IMG/VR virus record: IMGVR_UViG_3300031134_000641
Reading direction: 5' to 3' (one strand)
From: an uncultured virus (IMG/VR IMGVR_UViG_3300031134_000641)
Lineage: Duplodnaviria; Heunggongvirae; Uroviricota; Caudoviricetes
DNA length: 64,000 bases
The position numbers and the translations under genes are program-made. Position 1 is the stretch's first letter, and the number at the start of each line of letters is the position of its first letter. Shown here piece after piece: positions 1-9,514 of this stretch. The notes beneath the pieces were generated by a model that saw only the letters and a list, made by a program, of their open reading frames with translations, was not told the origin of the DNA and searched no databases.

Positions 1-2
1 CA

Positions 3-365
3 AACGGGGAGTTCACTGAAGTTCTGTTGGATGATGAGTTCAATGCAAGCGTTGTTGACTCTACAGGTAACACCCGACCTGTGTCCTGGCTGTCTGGTGG
101 AGAAGTATCAGCTGTAGCACTATCAATGCGTATTGCTATTGGTCTTCTTATCACAGATGGAAACCCTGAGTTGCTTTGGATGGATGAGGTTCTTACAGCA
201 CAGGACGTCGACCGTAGGACAGCTATGCTTTCAATGATTCGCGGGCTTCCTATTGACCAGATCATTATGATTAACCACACTCATGAGGCAGCGGACATTG
301 TTGACAAGACTATTTCTCTAAACATTGACCGAATTAACGGGTCTTACATCTCTGAAGATGAGTAA
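3..365 (+). CDS. SbcC/Rad50-family ATPase, C-terminal part (5' truncated by window)
   Basis: ABC signature LSGGE, Walker B LLWMDE, His-loop INH; frame is open from the window start. Confidence 0.85.
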   Translation, partial: NGEFTEVLLDDEFNASVVDSTGNTRPVSWLSGGEVSAVALSMRIAIGLLITDGNPELLWMDEVLTAQDVDRRTAMLSMIRGLPIDQIIMINHTHEAADIVDKTISLNIDRINGSYISEDE

Positions 366-418
366 AGTTTAAAAAGTCTGAGCCGATAGATTTTTCAAAG
401 ACCTAAAGGATTTGAAAA

Positions 419-1429
419 ATGAGCGAACCACAGAACCATGATGAATGGGTTAACGACTACAGCGACGAGTACAACCAGGACACTGACGGTGAAGCCGGAT
501 TTGCCTCTGGTGAGGTAATTGTTCTTGATGTTGACAATGCTCCTGCTTTTGCATCAAACGATGAGTCTGAGCACATCACTGTAGTCCAGGTAGACCCTAA
601 CACTGGTCAAGAAGTTATTGAAACAATTGACCTTTCCTTGCCTCCCCTCACTGTTGAGCAGTCAAAGGATATTACTGAGAGAATTCGTACGACAACCAAC
701 GTTCTTTACCTGCTTATCAAGCGCGCTCACGCTGGAAAAGCTCACAAAGCACTAGGTTATGACAACTTTGAGGCATATGTGAATGCAGAGTTCAACATGT
801 CACGTTCATACGCATACAAGCTTCTCAACCAGGCTAACATCATTGCTGCCATTGAAGAGAAAGCTCCTGAGGGAACTCAGATTCATGTTGGAGATGCAAC
901 TGCTCGTAGCCTGAAGAAAGTTCTTCCTGAGCTTCTTTCTGAAGTTGAAGAAAAAACAGCTGGTCTTAGCGCCGACGAAGCTGGTGACGTTATTGAAGAC
1001 GTTATCAACAACATGCGTGAGCAGAAACGTCAGGCTGACGAGGATGCATTAGATGACGAGGATGGCGATGAGCCACGTCAGTTTGACGGTCCTTACACTG
1101 GCGAATACAACGGTGCAAGCTATGATGATGACGATGATGAAGATGACGACGAAGTTGACGAGTTCCTTGACGGTGACCCAGGCGAGGCACGCAGGAAGTT
1201 TGATAAGCTCTACAACCTTTACTCTGGTCTAAAAACCATTTCAATCGTTGATGACCCTAGTGAACTGTTGGACTTCATTCCTACAGACCGTAAAGAAGAA
1301 ATTCGCGGTCTTCTTGATACAGCAATTCCACTACTCAATGCTTTCAATGAGCAGTGGAATGCATATGAAGCTGCTAACCCAACAACTTCTGATGATGAAT
1401 CTTTTGCTGAAGACGATTCTGACGAATAA
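419..1429 (+). CDS. Acidic hypothetical protein with a putative HTH-like DNA-binding segment
   Basis: 336 aa ORF with segment YDNFEAYVNAEFNMSRSYAYKL; CCGATA motif upstream. Confidence 0.6.
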   Translation: MSEPQNHDEWVNDYSDEYNQDTDGEAGFASGEVIVLDVDNAPAFASNDESEHITVVQVDPNTGQEVIETIDLSLPPLTVEQSKDITERIRTTTNVLYLLIKRAHAGKAHKALGYDNFEAYVNAEFNMSRSYAYKLLNQANIIAAIEEKAPEGTQIHVGDATARSLKKVLPELLSEVEEKTAGLSADEAGDVIEDVINNMREQKRQADEDALDDEDGDEPRQFDGPYTGEYNGASYDDDDDEDDDEVDEFLDGDPGEARRKFDKLYNLYSGLKTISIVDDPSELLDFIPTDRKEEIRGLLDTAIPLLNAFNEQWNAYEAANPTTSDDESFAEDDSDE

Positions 1430-1497
1430 ACACAAGAAAAAAAGATACAACCGATATATATACTGTAACGTCCCCCAATCATAAGGAAAAAAGGAAA

Positions 1498-1755
1498 ATG
1501 AAAGATATGCTTCTTAAGGCTTCCGTTAACGCAAGCCTCGCAAAAGACCGTGTTGCTGATAAGTTAGGCCGCGCTGCTCGCGGCGAGAGCGGTGACGTTG
1601 TTCAGGTTATCCTGATCATCGCATTGTTCGTTGTTATCGTTCTAGTAGTAGGACGTATCCTTACTTCAACCATTACTACTCAGGCAAACAACGTTGGTAA
1701 CTGTATCTCTACTTCCAACGCATCTAGCTCTGCTGCATGTAAGAACTTCAAGTAA
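1498..1755 (+). CDS. Flp/type IVb pilin-like protein
   Basis: Basic leader ending RGESG, then a ~20 aa hydrophobic helix; 85 aa; strong SD; adjacent prepilin peptidase. Confidence 0.7.
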   Translation: MKDMLLKASVNASLAKDRVADKLGRAARGESGDVVQVILIIALFVVIVLVVGRILTSTITTQANNVGNCISTSNASSSAACKNFK

Positions 1756-1757
1756 AA

Positions 1758-2492
1758 TTAACTTGCTAGTACCAAACCAGCTATGAAAGTTATAGCTAGG
1801 ACGGGAAGGAAAGGCGTTGCTCGCCTTTCCTTCCCTTTTGGGTTTAACCAAGACTTTTTCTGTGGACGCATTTCGCCCCAATTGAAGATTCTACCTAACA
1901 CTAGTGAGCAGACCAGCTGTAATGCAGCCGCTGCGCCAAAAATGTAAACAAAGCTGTTTATGCCCATCCACCAGCTTGCTCCCCAACCTGCGATGTAGAG
2001 GAAGCGTACGTCACCGAATCCCATGTTAGAGAACACTAATATGGTTGGGATAACTAGGAACAGCAGCATCTGTACGGTAGCGTCAACTGCTGGGTTTAAG
2101 AAGAACGGGAAACCTTGGAAAAAAGTGTATCCTTGCATGGGTACAAGGTTAAACGCAATACCTAATATTGCTCCCGGCACAAGAAGTCTGAAAGCAAAGT
2201 CTGTTATCTCCTGGGGAGCTTTCATTGTCACAGCGTCACTGTAACCTACAGCTGTTCCAGCGGCAGCGAAAATACCTGTCATTGCCATAGCATAGACGTT
2301 GTTATCAGTGTTGAAGTATACCGCTAAGCTTGCAATATATCCTACGGCAACTGACATAGCGTAAACGAAGCCCCAGTCATTTTGTAGTTTGCCGAAACCC
2401 CTTAAACTCCAAGCTGGAATTTCTTTCTTTAAATAGCTGTAACCCAGTATATAAACAATTGCTAGAAAAGCTGTCCCCGTGACTAAGCTCAT
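1758..2492 (-). CDS. Prepilin peptidase (A24 family)
   Basis: Multi-TM protein; first Asp in YSDA..KAP, GFGD (GxGD) motif, C-terminal PFLP. Confidence 0.8.
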   Translation of the reverse strand: MSLVTGTAFLAIVYILGYSYLKKEIPAWSLRGFGKLQNDWGFVYAMSVAVGYIASLAVYFNTDNNVYAMAMTGIFAAAGTAVGYSDAVTMKAPQEITDFAFRLLVPGAILGIAFNLVPMQGYTFFQGFPFFLNPAVDATVQMLLFLVIPTILVFSNMGFGDVRFLYIAGWGASWWMGINSFVYIFGAAAALQLVCSLVLGRIFNWGEMRPQKKSWLNPKGKERRATPFLPVLAITFIAGLVLAS

Positions 2493-2494
2493 TT

Positions 2495-3778
2495 TTACTT
2501 GTTACCTTCTTTTAGGATAATGTGTGCTTCTTTCAAAACTTCGGTTACTGCATCTTGTGTCTTAGGGTTCTTCAGCCACAAGCTTATCTTCTTGCTGCGC
2601 TTCTCGGCACCCCAGTTTTCATAGAATACACCTACAAGGCCGGTTAGACCTTTAGTGCCAGAAACATTCGCTGCTCCTGTTACGATAGATGCAGAAAGGA
2701 GAGTGTTGTTAATCATAGCTTCAATGTTATCGTTTACCAACTCATCTGAGGGCAAAGGAAGCTCGTTGTCTTCCTGGTAGATTGTCCCAGTGTTACGCAA
2801 ATTGAGCACAGTGTTGATAGCCATAGAATCACGTTTAACAGTGTTAACGTCAGTGCCTAAGACCTCTGCTAACTCTTCAGGCTTAGGTTCACGATTGTGC
2901 TTGAGTTTGAACTCTGCAATAGCACGTGAGTGTTTAAGCTCAGCGTCAGCAACTGAACGACCAAATGATTTACGGTTTAGGTTGAACACCCATTTTTTCA
3001 ATGCAGTAGCGAGGTAAGCCCCGAAAGGAATACTTGTGGATGCATCATATCTCTGGATGGCATCCAGAATCCAGATGTAAATCTGCTGCTGAATGTCGTC
3101 TGGCTCAGGAAGGTGCTTAGTGATACTTGACATGTGTGAATGTAAGAGCACTTTAGCGAAAACGCCGTAGTATTCACAGAGGTCTGATACAAAGTGTTTT
3201 GGTAACTCTTCCAGGTTCCTTCTCTTAAGATCCTTTTCAAGTCGTACTCCAGATACTTTCCATTCAGGTTTGACGTTCTGGCTATCTTTGATTAGGTCGT
3301 AGACTTCTGGACCATTTGTTGTGAACACACGGAAGAGTCCGTCTTCATCAATCTGCACAGCTGAGTTCTTTTCACCAGTCAAAGACATGATCTCTTGTTT
3401 TGTGAGACTGCTGTCTGCCCTAAAGTGAATAAGGTCATATGTTTTCAGGTCAGCTATTAGCCAACCGTCATCCTCTAGGATACCACCGAACCAACGAGGC
3501 TGGTATTTCTTGTCCTGAGTGTTTAAGGTTGAGCTAGTGTCTCTCCAGATTCTAAGTTCGTCGCTTTTGAAACGGAAGGACTCGTTACTGCCCTGAAGCA
3601 GGAGTCCTTCGTCAGCTAACTTAGTTAAAGTAGGTAGGAGAGCTTCCTTGGAAACTTTAGTACTGTTTTTGCCTATAGTATCTATGTTCTTCTTAATTTT
3701 ATAGATTGGGTGCCATTGACCGTCTGCTAGTTCATCTAAAACTTGTACTTCTAGGTTTGTTTTCTGTGCTGTAGACAT
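2495..3778 (-). CDS. Sigma-70 family sigma factor (FliA/WhiG-like) with a long N-terminal extension
   Basis: Region 2 DAIQRYDASTSIPFGAYLATALK; region 3 HNREPKPEELAEVLGTDVNTV. Confidence 0.8.
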   Translation of the reverse strand: MSTAQKTNLEVQVLDELADGQWHPIYKIKKNIDTIGKNSTKVSKEALLPTLTKLADEGLLLQGSNESFRFKSDELRIWRDTSSTLNTQDKKYQPRWFGGILEDDGWLIADLKTYDLIHFRADSSLTKQEIMSLTGEKNSAVQIDEDGLFRVFTTNGPEVYDLIKDSQNVKPEWKVSGVRLEKDLKRRNLEELPKHFVSDLCEYYGVFAKVLLHSHMSSITKHLPEPDDIQQQIYIWILDAIQRYDASTSIPFGAYLATALKKWVFNLNRKSFGRSVADAELKHSRAIAEFKLKHNREPKPEELAEVLGTDVNTVKRDSMAINTVLNLRNTGTIYQEDNELPLPSDELVNDNIEAMINNTLLSASIVTGAANVSGTKGLTGLVGVFYENWGAEKRSKKISLWLKNPKTQDAVTEVLKEAHIILKEGNK

Positions 3779-3787
3779 GTTTCTTTC

Positions 3788-4081
3788 TTAGTTCGGTTCA
3801 GTGAAGGCTGGATAGTTATCAAATAGTTCCCTAAAAATTTGTTGCAGGAAAGAGTTGATACGCTTTGCTGCATCATCATCAGCAAGGTTGATTGATATAG
3901 AATAGTTTAGAGCGTTCTCATTAACATTCTTAGGATTGGTCTCAATAGTTTCCAGGTTTACATAGTCGTAAACGTTAAAGCTTTGAGAGATATTCCTAAT
4001 CTCTTCTACTAGCTTGTCTGAAGGGGAGCCTTTCTTTTCGAAAAGCTTTAAATAAATTGGGGTTAGTTGTTCGCTGCTCAT
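3788..4081 (-). CDS. Hypothetical protein
   Basis: 97 aa ORF heading the minus-strand operon. Confidence 0.55.
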   Translation of the reverse strand: MSSEQLTPIYLKLFEKKGSPSDKLVEEIRNISQSFNVYDYVNLETIETNPKNVNENALNYSISINLADDDAAKRINSFLQQIFRELFDNYPAFTEPN

Positions 4082-4152
4082 AAGTGTCTTATACTAGCAT
4101 GGTTTTAAAAAACCGGGCCGATATTTACACTTGAATTTAGAAAGGTTTTTCA

Positions 4153-5130
4153 ATGGTAGACGAAAACCCAGAACAAGGCTCACTAGAACGCCTTAGCATC
4201 CCGGTTGAAACACAGCTTGGAGAGAATGTTCTGACCCCCGCTTCAGTGAAGAGTGTCCAGTTCAGAGTGGCTGAACCCAAAGGTTACTACTTCAAAGATG
4301 TAGAGGACTTTGTTAACACAATGCTGCTACCATCCCTTGAATGGTATGCTAAAACACTGCATGACCGTGACAATGCTATCTACAAGCTTGGTGAAGAGCT
4401 TGACCGCTCCGAAGTGGACCGTACTAACCTACGATTCCAGCTTCAGGCAGCAGAGTATGGTAGTGCTGTACAAAAAGGTGTTGACGCCAACGAGGAAGAC
4501 AAAGAGATGGCTGATCTCCTCAGCCGTCTCACTGATGCTCAAGCTCAGCTAAGTAAAGTGCAGCAGGACCTAGCTTCCGCTCAGCAGTATTCTGAGGAAC
4601 AGGATGTATACATTGACTCTATCCTAGAAGAGCTTGCAAAGGCACAGAATGGGCAGGGCAGTAACTCTGCGTCTGTCACCGCTGCGGGCCTTGTAGGCGC
4701 TGTAGCGGGCGCGTCAGCAGCAAGTCTAGCCGATGACAACCAAGACGTTGAGGAAGTAGAAGCTGAGCCGGTTGCAGAAGATGTAGTCTATGATGAGCCT
4801 GTTTACGTAGAACCTGAAGTAGCTGAGCTTGCGTATGCAGAACCTGAAGTAGCTGAGCTTGCGTATGCAGAACCTGAAGTAGTTGAGCCTGCGTATGAAG
4901 CACCTGTCGAGTCTGTGGACTACGCTGCTCTTCAGGAGGCAGACGACCAAATTTCATATCCTGTCTATGAACCTGTTGAAACCTCCGAAGTCTATGTTGA
5001 AGAGCAAGCTGTTCAAGAGTACCCTGTCTACGAAGAAGAGGAATCTGAGCCTGAAGTAGCGCAACCCGCTGAGAAAGTCCACCCTGTCTATGGTGTGTTG
5101 CCTCCCGGCATCAGCCCAGATGATCTTTGA
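4153..5130 (+). CDS. DivIVA-domain coiled-coil protein with acidic repeat tail
   Basis: LTPASVKSVQF..KGYYFKDVEDFV DivIVA motif followed by a coiled coil. Confidence 0.75.
   Translation: MVDENPEQGSLERLSIPVETQLGENVLTPASVKSVQFRVAEPKGYYFKDVEDFVNTMLLPSLEWYAKTLHDRDNAIYKLGEELDRSEVDRTNLRFQLQAAEYGSAVQKGVDANEEDKEMADLLSRLTDAQAQLSKVQQDLASAQQYSEEQDVYIDSILEELAKAQNGQGSNSASVTAAGLVGAVAGASAASLADDNQDVEEVEAEPVAEDVVYDEPVYVEPEVAELAYAEPEVAELAYAEPEVVEPAYEAPVESVDYAALQEADDQISYPVYEPVETSEVYVEEQAVQEYPVYEEEESEPEVAQPAEKVHPVYGVLPPGISPDDL
4811..4900 (+). repeat. 3 x 30-nt in-frame tandem repeat (EPEVAELAYA)
   Basis: aacctgaagtagctgagcttgcgtatgcag twice plus one variant copy. Confidence 0.9.
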
Positions 5131-5147
5131 GCAGTTAGGATATAACC

Positions 5148-5780
5148 ATGGCTGACAAAGTTAAACTAAGAAAACATGGCTCACTTGTAAATGCGACTTC
5201 TGTAGAACCAGAACGACAGTTTGCCGGTGGCGCGCAGAACATCATTGAGGTTAAAGAAGAATCTTGGGCTTCCATCATTCTGGGTTGGGTAAAAACAATC
5301 GTTGGTTACTTTGCGCTAGTTGTTGTACTGCTTCTTGCCGTATACACTGGTCTTGCTGCCACCGTCGTTTTCTTCTCCTCAGTCGGAGGTCAAACTGCGC
5401 TAGTGGCTAGAGGTACCTTCATCGGAGGCATCCCTGACAAAGGCGATATGATGTACATCTCTAATGACACACCTGACCCTAAATCTCCAGTAAACAATGT
5501 TGTAGTAGGCTTTAAAGGTGCCCCCGAAGCATCTATCGTAGAAAACATGTCTGCTGAGTATGACAAAGTTAGCGTTAGTGGAAACAACATTCAAATTGCT
5601 GACCAGGTGATTAATGATGCTGTGTTACTCAACGCAAAAGGCGACCGTGTTACTAGCGGTACCATTTCACTAAACAACCAGTATGTTGTCCAGTGTGTTA
5701 CAGGGGCATGTGACGCAGATTCTTATCTAGTAATAGACAGTAAGCAAATCTACGGCGAGATTAAGAACGTTTCACGTTAA
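5148..5780 (+). CDS. Membrane-anchored hypothetical protein (possible degenerate signal peptidase I fold)
   Basis: One TM segment, then a beta-rich domain ending DS..IDSKQIYG; catalytic residues not evident. Confidence 0.45.
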   Translation: MADKVKLRKHGSLVNATSVEPERQFAGGAQNIIEVKEESWASIILGWVKTIVGYFALVVVLLLAVYTGLAATVVFFSSVGGQTALVARGTFIGGIPDKGDMMYISNDTPDPKSPVNNVVVGFKGAPEASIVENMSAEYDKVSVSGNNIQIADQVINDAVLLNAKGDRVTSGTISLNNQYVVQCVTGACDADSYLVIDSKQIYGEIKNVSR

Positions 5781-5794
5781 AGGCCCGATGCACC

Positions 5795-6082
5795 ATGAGT
5801 AAAAGACACCCGACATGGGTAACACCAGATGAGCTAAAAGAGTTGGATGATTCGCTAATGAAGTTAGACGACTTGTCATCTAATTCACTGGCACAAGGTT
5901 TGCAGTCAGAGCTTAGCGTGGCACAAACACGATTTAGTAACGGCAGGTATCGTTCAGGCCTGTTAGCTACGGTGTTAGGCCTAGACAAAACGATGATTCC
6001 CATCCGCTTATCTGAAGAGGAGAAGACTTTCCTTTTGGAATACCTCAATCTTTCCGAGGCTGTAAAGGATAAGCTAAAATGA
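5795..6082 (+). CDS. Hypothetical protein
   Basis: ORF in operon, overlapping the next start codon. Confidence 0.55.
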   Translation: MSKRHPTWVTPDELKELDDSLMKLDDLSSNSLAQGLQSELSVAQTRFSNGRYRSGLLATVLGLDKTMIPIRLSEEEKTFLLEYLNLSEAVKDKLK

Positions 6083-6561
6083 TAGATGAGAATGTATATT
6101 CAGTTCAAACTTTGAGCACATTGTTTAAGCTCAATGAATTTGACATTGAGAAGATTCTTCTTAAAGAAGGCAAAATCTGTTTCTCAATGAAGAACACTTC
6201 TTTCGTGGTATTCATACCAACGCTAAATATGTTCACAACTTTTGATAGCAAAAGGCATTATGAGCTTTACAACAATCTAAGCTCTGCTCCTTTCTCAGTT
6301 ACAAGGGAGCACAGCCTACTAAAAGTAAGCCTAGCAGATTCTTTCTCCAGCTCCTTCTTGCTAACTGATTCATTTGTGCCAAAAATTGAGGAACATATGG
6401 ATGTAACAGAGGACACTTATTTTCTGCTTTCCGATAGATTAGATGTTCCGTTATTTATTGGGAACAAGAATGTCATCTCTAGGTTAGCTGATGACTTTGA
6501 TGGCGACACTTCAGTTCTTTCTATTAAGGACTTTAACGAATGGAGGGCACAAAATGTTTGA
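6079..6561 (+). CDS. Hypothetical protein
   Basis: Translationally coupled ORF (ATGA overlap). Confidence 0.55.
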   Translation: MIDENVYSVQTLSTLFKLNEFDIEKILLKEGKICFSMKNTSFVVFIPTLNMFTTFDSKRHYELYNNLSSAPFSVTREHSLLKVSLADSFSSSFLLTDSFVPKIEEHMDVTEDTYFLLSDRLDVPLFIGNKNVISRLADDFDGDTSVLSIKDFNEWRAQNV

Positions 6562-6820
6562 GACTGAGAATAGTTTAGAAGCTAAGCCCAAACGTGTTCA
6601 GGACCGTCCAGCCCGACCTCGCCCACAGGAGATAGCTCACCGCCCGACCCAGCCATGGTTGGCATCTACTAATCCTTCTGCTTCGCTAAAGAAAGATCGT
6701 TCATCTTTGAAAGGCAAAGTAGATTACGGTGTGCGTATTGCTATGCCTACAGTCGGTGTCATCATCTTAGGTGTGATTGGGTACCGTATTTTTGACTTGA
6801 TAACTGGAGTGTACTCATAA
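6554..6820 (+). CDS. Small membrane protein
   Basis: ATG at 6554 after SD ggaggg; C-terminal TM helix. Confidence 0.55.
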   Translation: MFETENSLEAKPKRVQDRPARPRPQEIAHRPTQPWLASTNPSASLKKDRSSLKGKVDYGVRIAMPTVGVIILGVIGYRIFDLITGVYS

Positions 6821-7477
6821 ATGAGAAAAGCAATTCCCTGGGAGTATGATGAGACAGGGTCAATTAAGATTTGGCGTTGGTTGACCAACAGCTTTGAAGT
6901 TACAGTATTTTCTGAAGGTAGTGCGAAGAAAGCTTTCGGATGGAGAATTGTTGACCGGTCACAGGGAAGAGACATTCCTTTTGACTCTTCAACAGCAACT
7001 TCGTTTAATGAAGCGGTCGAATCAATATTAGAGCTAATCGGTAAGTCCTATGAGCCATCACTAGGCTACCAAGCTTACGCTGGCGAGCTTGCAACTACCT
7101 TTGCTATTTCCACCGGCCACAAAGTTGACTTTGCACCTTTAATAGGTGAGACTGTCATAGTAAAAGTAATTGAAGATGATCTTGAAGAGCGAATCATCAG
7201 AGGTGTACTACATGTCTCCAACTATGTCATCAGAATTTTGACTGACTCAACCTCAGCTGTAAATATTCCGCCTAACCGCATTAGAGATGTTCAAAAAGAG
7301 TACGGTGGACGTAGTATTCTTGATAACAGTAAAAAATCCTCCGAGGTAACAAGCACAAGGATGAAACGTGTATTCAACACTGAGTACACTAAGGGATGCA
7401 CTGGTAGGCCTGGTTTCAAGCCAAATACGGTAGAGCACGGTCCTGGTGACAGTTACTGCCCTATCCACAATGTTTAA
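6821..7477 (+). CDS. Hypothetical protein with C-terminal Cys/His motif
   Basis: 218 aa ORF ending GCTGRPG..EH..YCPIH. Confidence 0.6.
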   Translation: MRKAIPWEYDETGSIKIWRWLTNSFEVTVFSEGSAKKAFGWRIVDRSQGRDIPFDSSTATSFNEAVESILELIGKSYEPSLGYQAYAGELATTFAISTGHKVDFAPLIGETVIVKVIEDDLEERIIRGVLHVSNYVIRILTDSTSAVNIPPNRIRDVQKEYGGRSILDNSKKSSEVTSTRMKRVFNTEYTKGCTGRPGFKPNTVEHGPGDSYCPIHNV

Positions 7478-7572
7478 TTCTGAGAATCATTCTCAATAAA
7501 GTTCCGTTTCGACTTGACAAATCGGTTTTTATATAATAGTATGTTCCTTGTACCAATTACTTAAGGAACCAA

Positions 7573-9447
7573 ATGTCATTAGAAGACACTGTTATTGATA
7601 GCGAGCTTGACACCAACCCGAAACTATCTGTTAGGGTTGTTGATGAGGACAAAGAGGATTGGGATAAAATCGGTCGGCTTTATCGTAAGCCTGATTTTAT
7701 CCTACCAGAGAATTATCGTAGCGTCCCGGTATTGCGTGAGCTTATCCGCAGCGGAGACCTGATGCCTTCAGTCACGAACGTTCTTGCTGTGCGCAACTCA
7801 CCTTATCTTGTTAAGTGGGCTGCTAAGCTGGTAGCCACAGAAGCTGTCAGTGTTGCACAGAAGTTCCCTCATCGTATCACTGAGGCACCTCAGAAGGCTC
7901 TCTACTACCTTAAGAACATCCCCGACAATGAGAAAAAGTTCTGGGGTAAACAGGGTACAAAGATTCACGCTGCCTGTGAGCTTTTAGCTTTGGGCAAGAG
8001 TATTGACCACATTGAGTTCACAGAATACGAAAAGCTTTCTATTGAGCGTTGGAAGGAATGGCTGGACCTTTTCCAGCCGAAATTTGGACACCTAGAGATT
8101 ACAGGATTTGGAGAAACAAACGACATGAAGTATGCCGGGACTGCTGACTTTACAGCTGAGATTAACGGGGTAAAAACAATCGGAGATTATAAGTGTGCTG
8201 TCAATAGCACACCGGTTCTTCTTCCTAGTGGTATCAGTATTAGAGCAGATGAGGTCCAGCTGGGCCAGGAAGTTGTTGCCTGGACTAAAGATAAAGGCTT
8301 GCACATAAGCAAAGTCTCTTATGTCGGTGACAACGGCAAACACAGCACCGTCCGCATGGTAACAGCCAACGGTCAGGAGCTTGAGGTAACAAAAAACCAC
8401 CCTATGCTTGCTTCTCGTGATGACCAGAACTTTGGTTGGGTGAAAGCTGAGGACCTTAAACTAGGTGACACTCTTTATGTTGCTCTAGGTTGGAACTACA
8501 GCCCCCACTTTGTAGAAACAGCATGGCCTTACGCTAAATACTTCTCTCCCTACCTGTTCGGTCTAGTTTGGGCACTCTCGTCATTCAGCAAAGAAAAATG
8601 GACAGTAGACACCACTGTTGAGCTTCCTAAGCTTTCACGGCCAACCCTGCGTGAGGAGCTAAGCGACTTTGGCTTCACCTTTAACAAGCAAGGTATTATG
8701 AATGTTAAGCCTGGCCTAGAGAAAATTGCTCGCAAGAATAAAACAACAGTAGAAGAAGTTCTAGCTATTCTAACTCCTGAGCGTCTGCCAGAGTTTGTTT
8801 ACTCTGCTCCAGCTATCGCTCGCCAGGCTGTTATCTCTGGGGTGCAAGAAATATTTGCCAACAAAGAAATTCATGAGAAAGAATTCTACATTGTGTTCAA
8901 TAATGCTGACGCTCTTAAAGACTTGCACCAGTTCTACACAAACCACGGTCAGGTCGCAACAATTGGTTCTGATGCTAACTCTGGTATGAACTTCCTCCGT
9001 GTACCTTTCGCCGCTGATGACACAATCTTTGTGCATGGTCCCACTGCAACACGCATTGTGGAACTTGATGTTAATGAGGAGCCTACCTCTACTGTTGCAA
9101 TAGAAGTTGAAGGTTCACACACTCATGTTACCGGTGGCCTTATCTCTCACAACACGAATCGCAGTGGCCTTCATATTGATATTGCGCTTCAGCTGGCTGC
9201 TAACGCTCGCGCTACGCACATTACACCTGACAGTCTCAACTTGATTCCTATGCCTACAATTGAGAAGGGCCTTGGAGTTCATATTTCACCTAAAGGTGTT
9301 GAGACAGTTGAAGTTGATATTTCTGATAAAGTTATGGATGTTTTCTCTGCTCTACGCAGCGCTTGGAGCTTCCATGTCTTTGAGGGTAAGACTGATTCTC
9401 CTACTGGCGTCATGCTCCGTAAGATTAAAACTCCTAAAGATTTGTAA
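7573..9447 (+). CDS. PD-(D/E)XK exonuclease (phage RecB/Cas4-like) interrupted by an intein
   Basis: PSVT, GTKIH, E, YAGTAD, GDYK|T and QLAAN motifs flank the intein. Confidence 0.85.
   Translation: MSLEDTVIDSELDTNPKLSVRVVDEDKEDWDKIGRLYRKPDFILPENYRSVPVLRELIRSGDLMPSVTNVLAVRNSPYLVKWAAKLVATEAVSVAQKFPHRITEAPQKALYYLKNIPDNEKKFWGKQGTKIHAACELLALGKSIDHIEFTEYEKLSIERWKEWLDLFQPKFGHLEITGFGETNDMKYAGTADFTAEINGVKTIGDYKCAVNSTPVLLPSGISIRADEVQLGQEVVAWTKDKGLHISKVSYVGDNGKHSTVRMVTANGQELEVTKNHPMLASRDDQNFGWVKAEDLKLGDTLYVALGWNYSPHFVETAWPYAKYFSPYLFGLVWALSSFSKEKWTVDTTVELPKLSRPTLREELSDFGFTFNKQGIMNVKPGLEKIARKNKTTVEEVLAILTPERLPEFVYSAPAIARQAVISGVQEIFANKEIHEKEFYIVFNNADALKDLHQFYTNHGQVATIGSDANSGMNFLRVPFAADDTIFVHGPTATRIVELDVNEEPTSTVAIEVEGSHTHVTGGLISHNTNRSGLHIDIALQLAANARATHITPDSLNLIPMPTIEKGLGVHISPKGVETVEVDISDKVMDVFSALRSAWSFHVFEGKTDSPTGVMLRKIKTPKDL
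8194..9153 (+). mobile_element. Intein (~320 aa) with degenerate LAGLIDADG-like region
   Basis: Starts CAVNSTPV, block B VTKNHP, ends GGLISHN followed by Thr(+1). Confidence 0.9.
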
Positions 9448-9514
9448 GCCAAAAACTGAGGCGAAAAAACAAACCATGGTAGAATAGTTTTACACTAACA
9501 AGGAGAATTTAACC

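Noticed and set aside
4811..4900. CRISPR-like 30-nt repeats
   Set aside because: Head-to-tail in-frame coding repeat with no spacers and no cas genes
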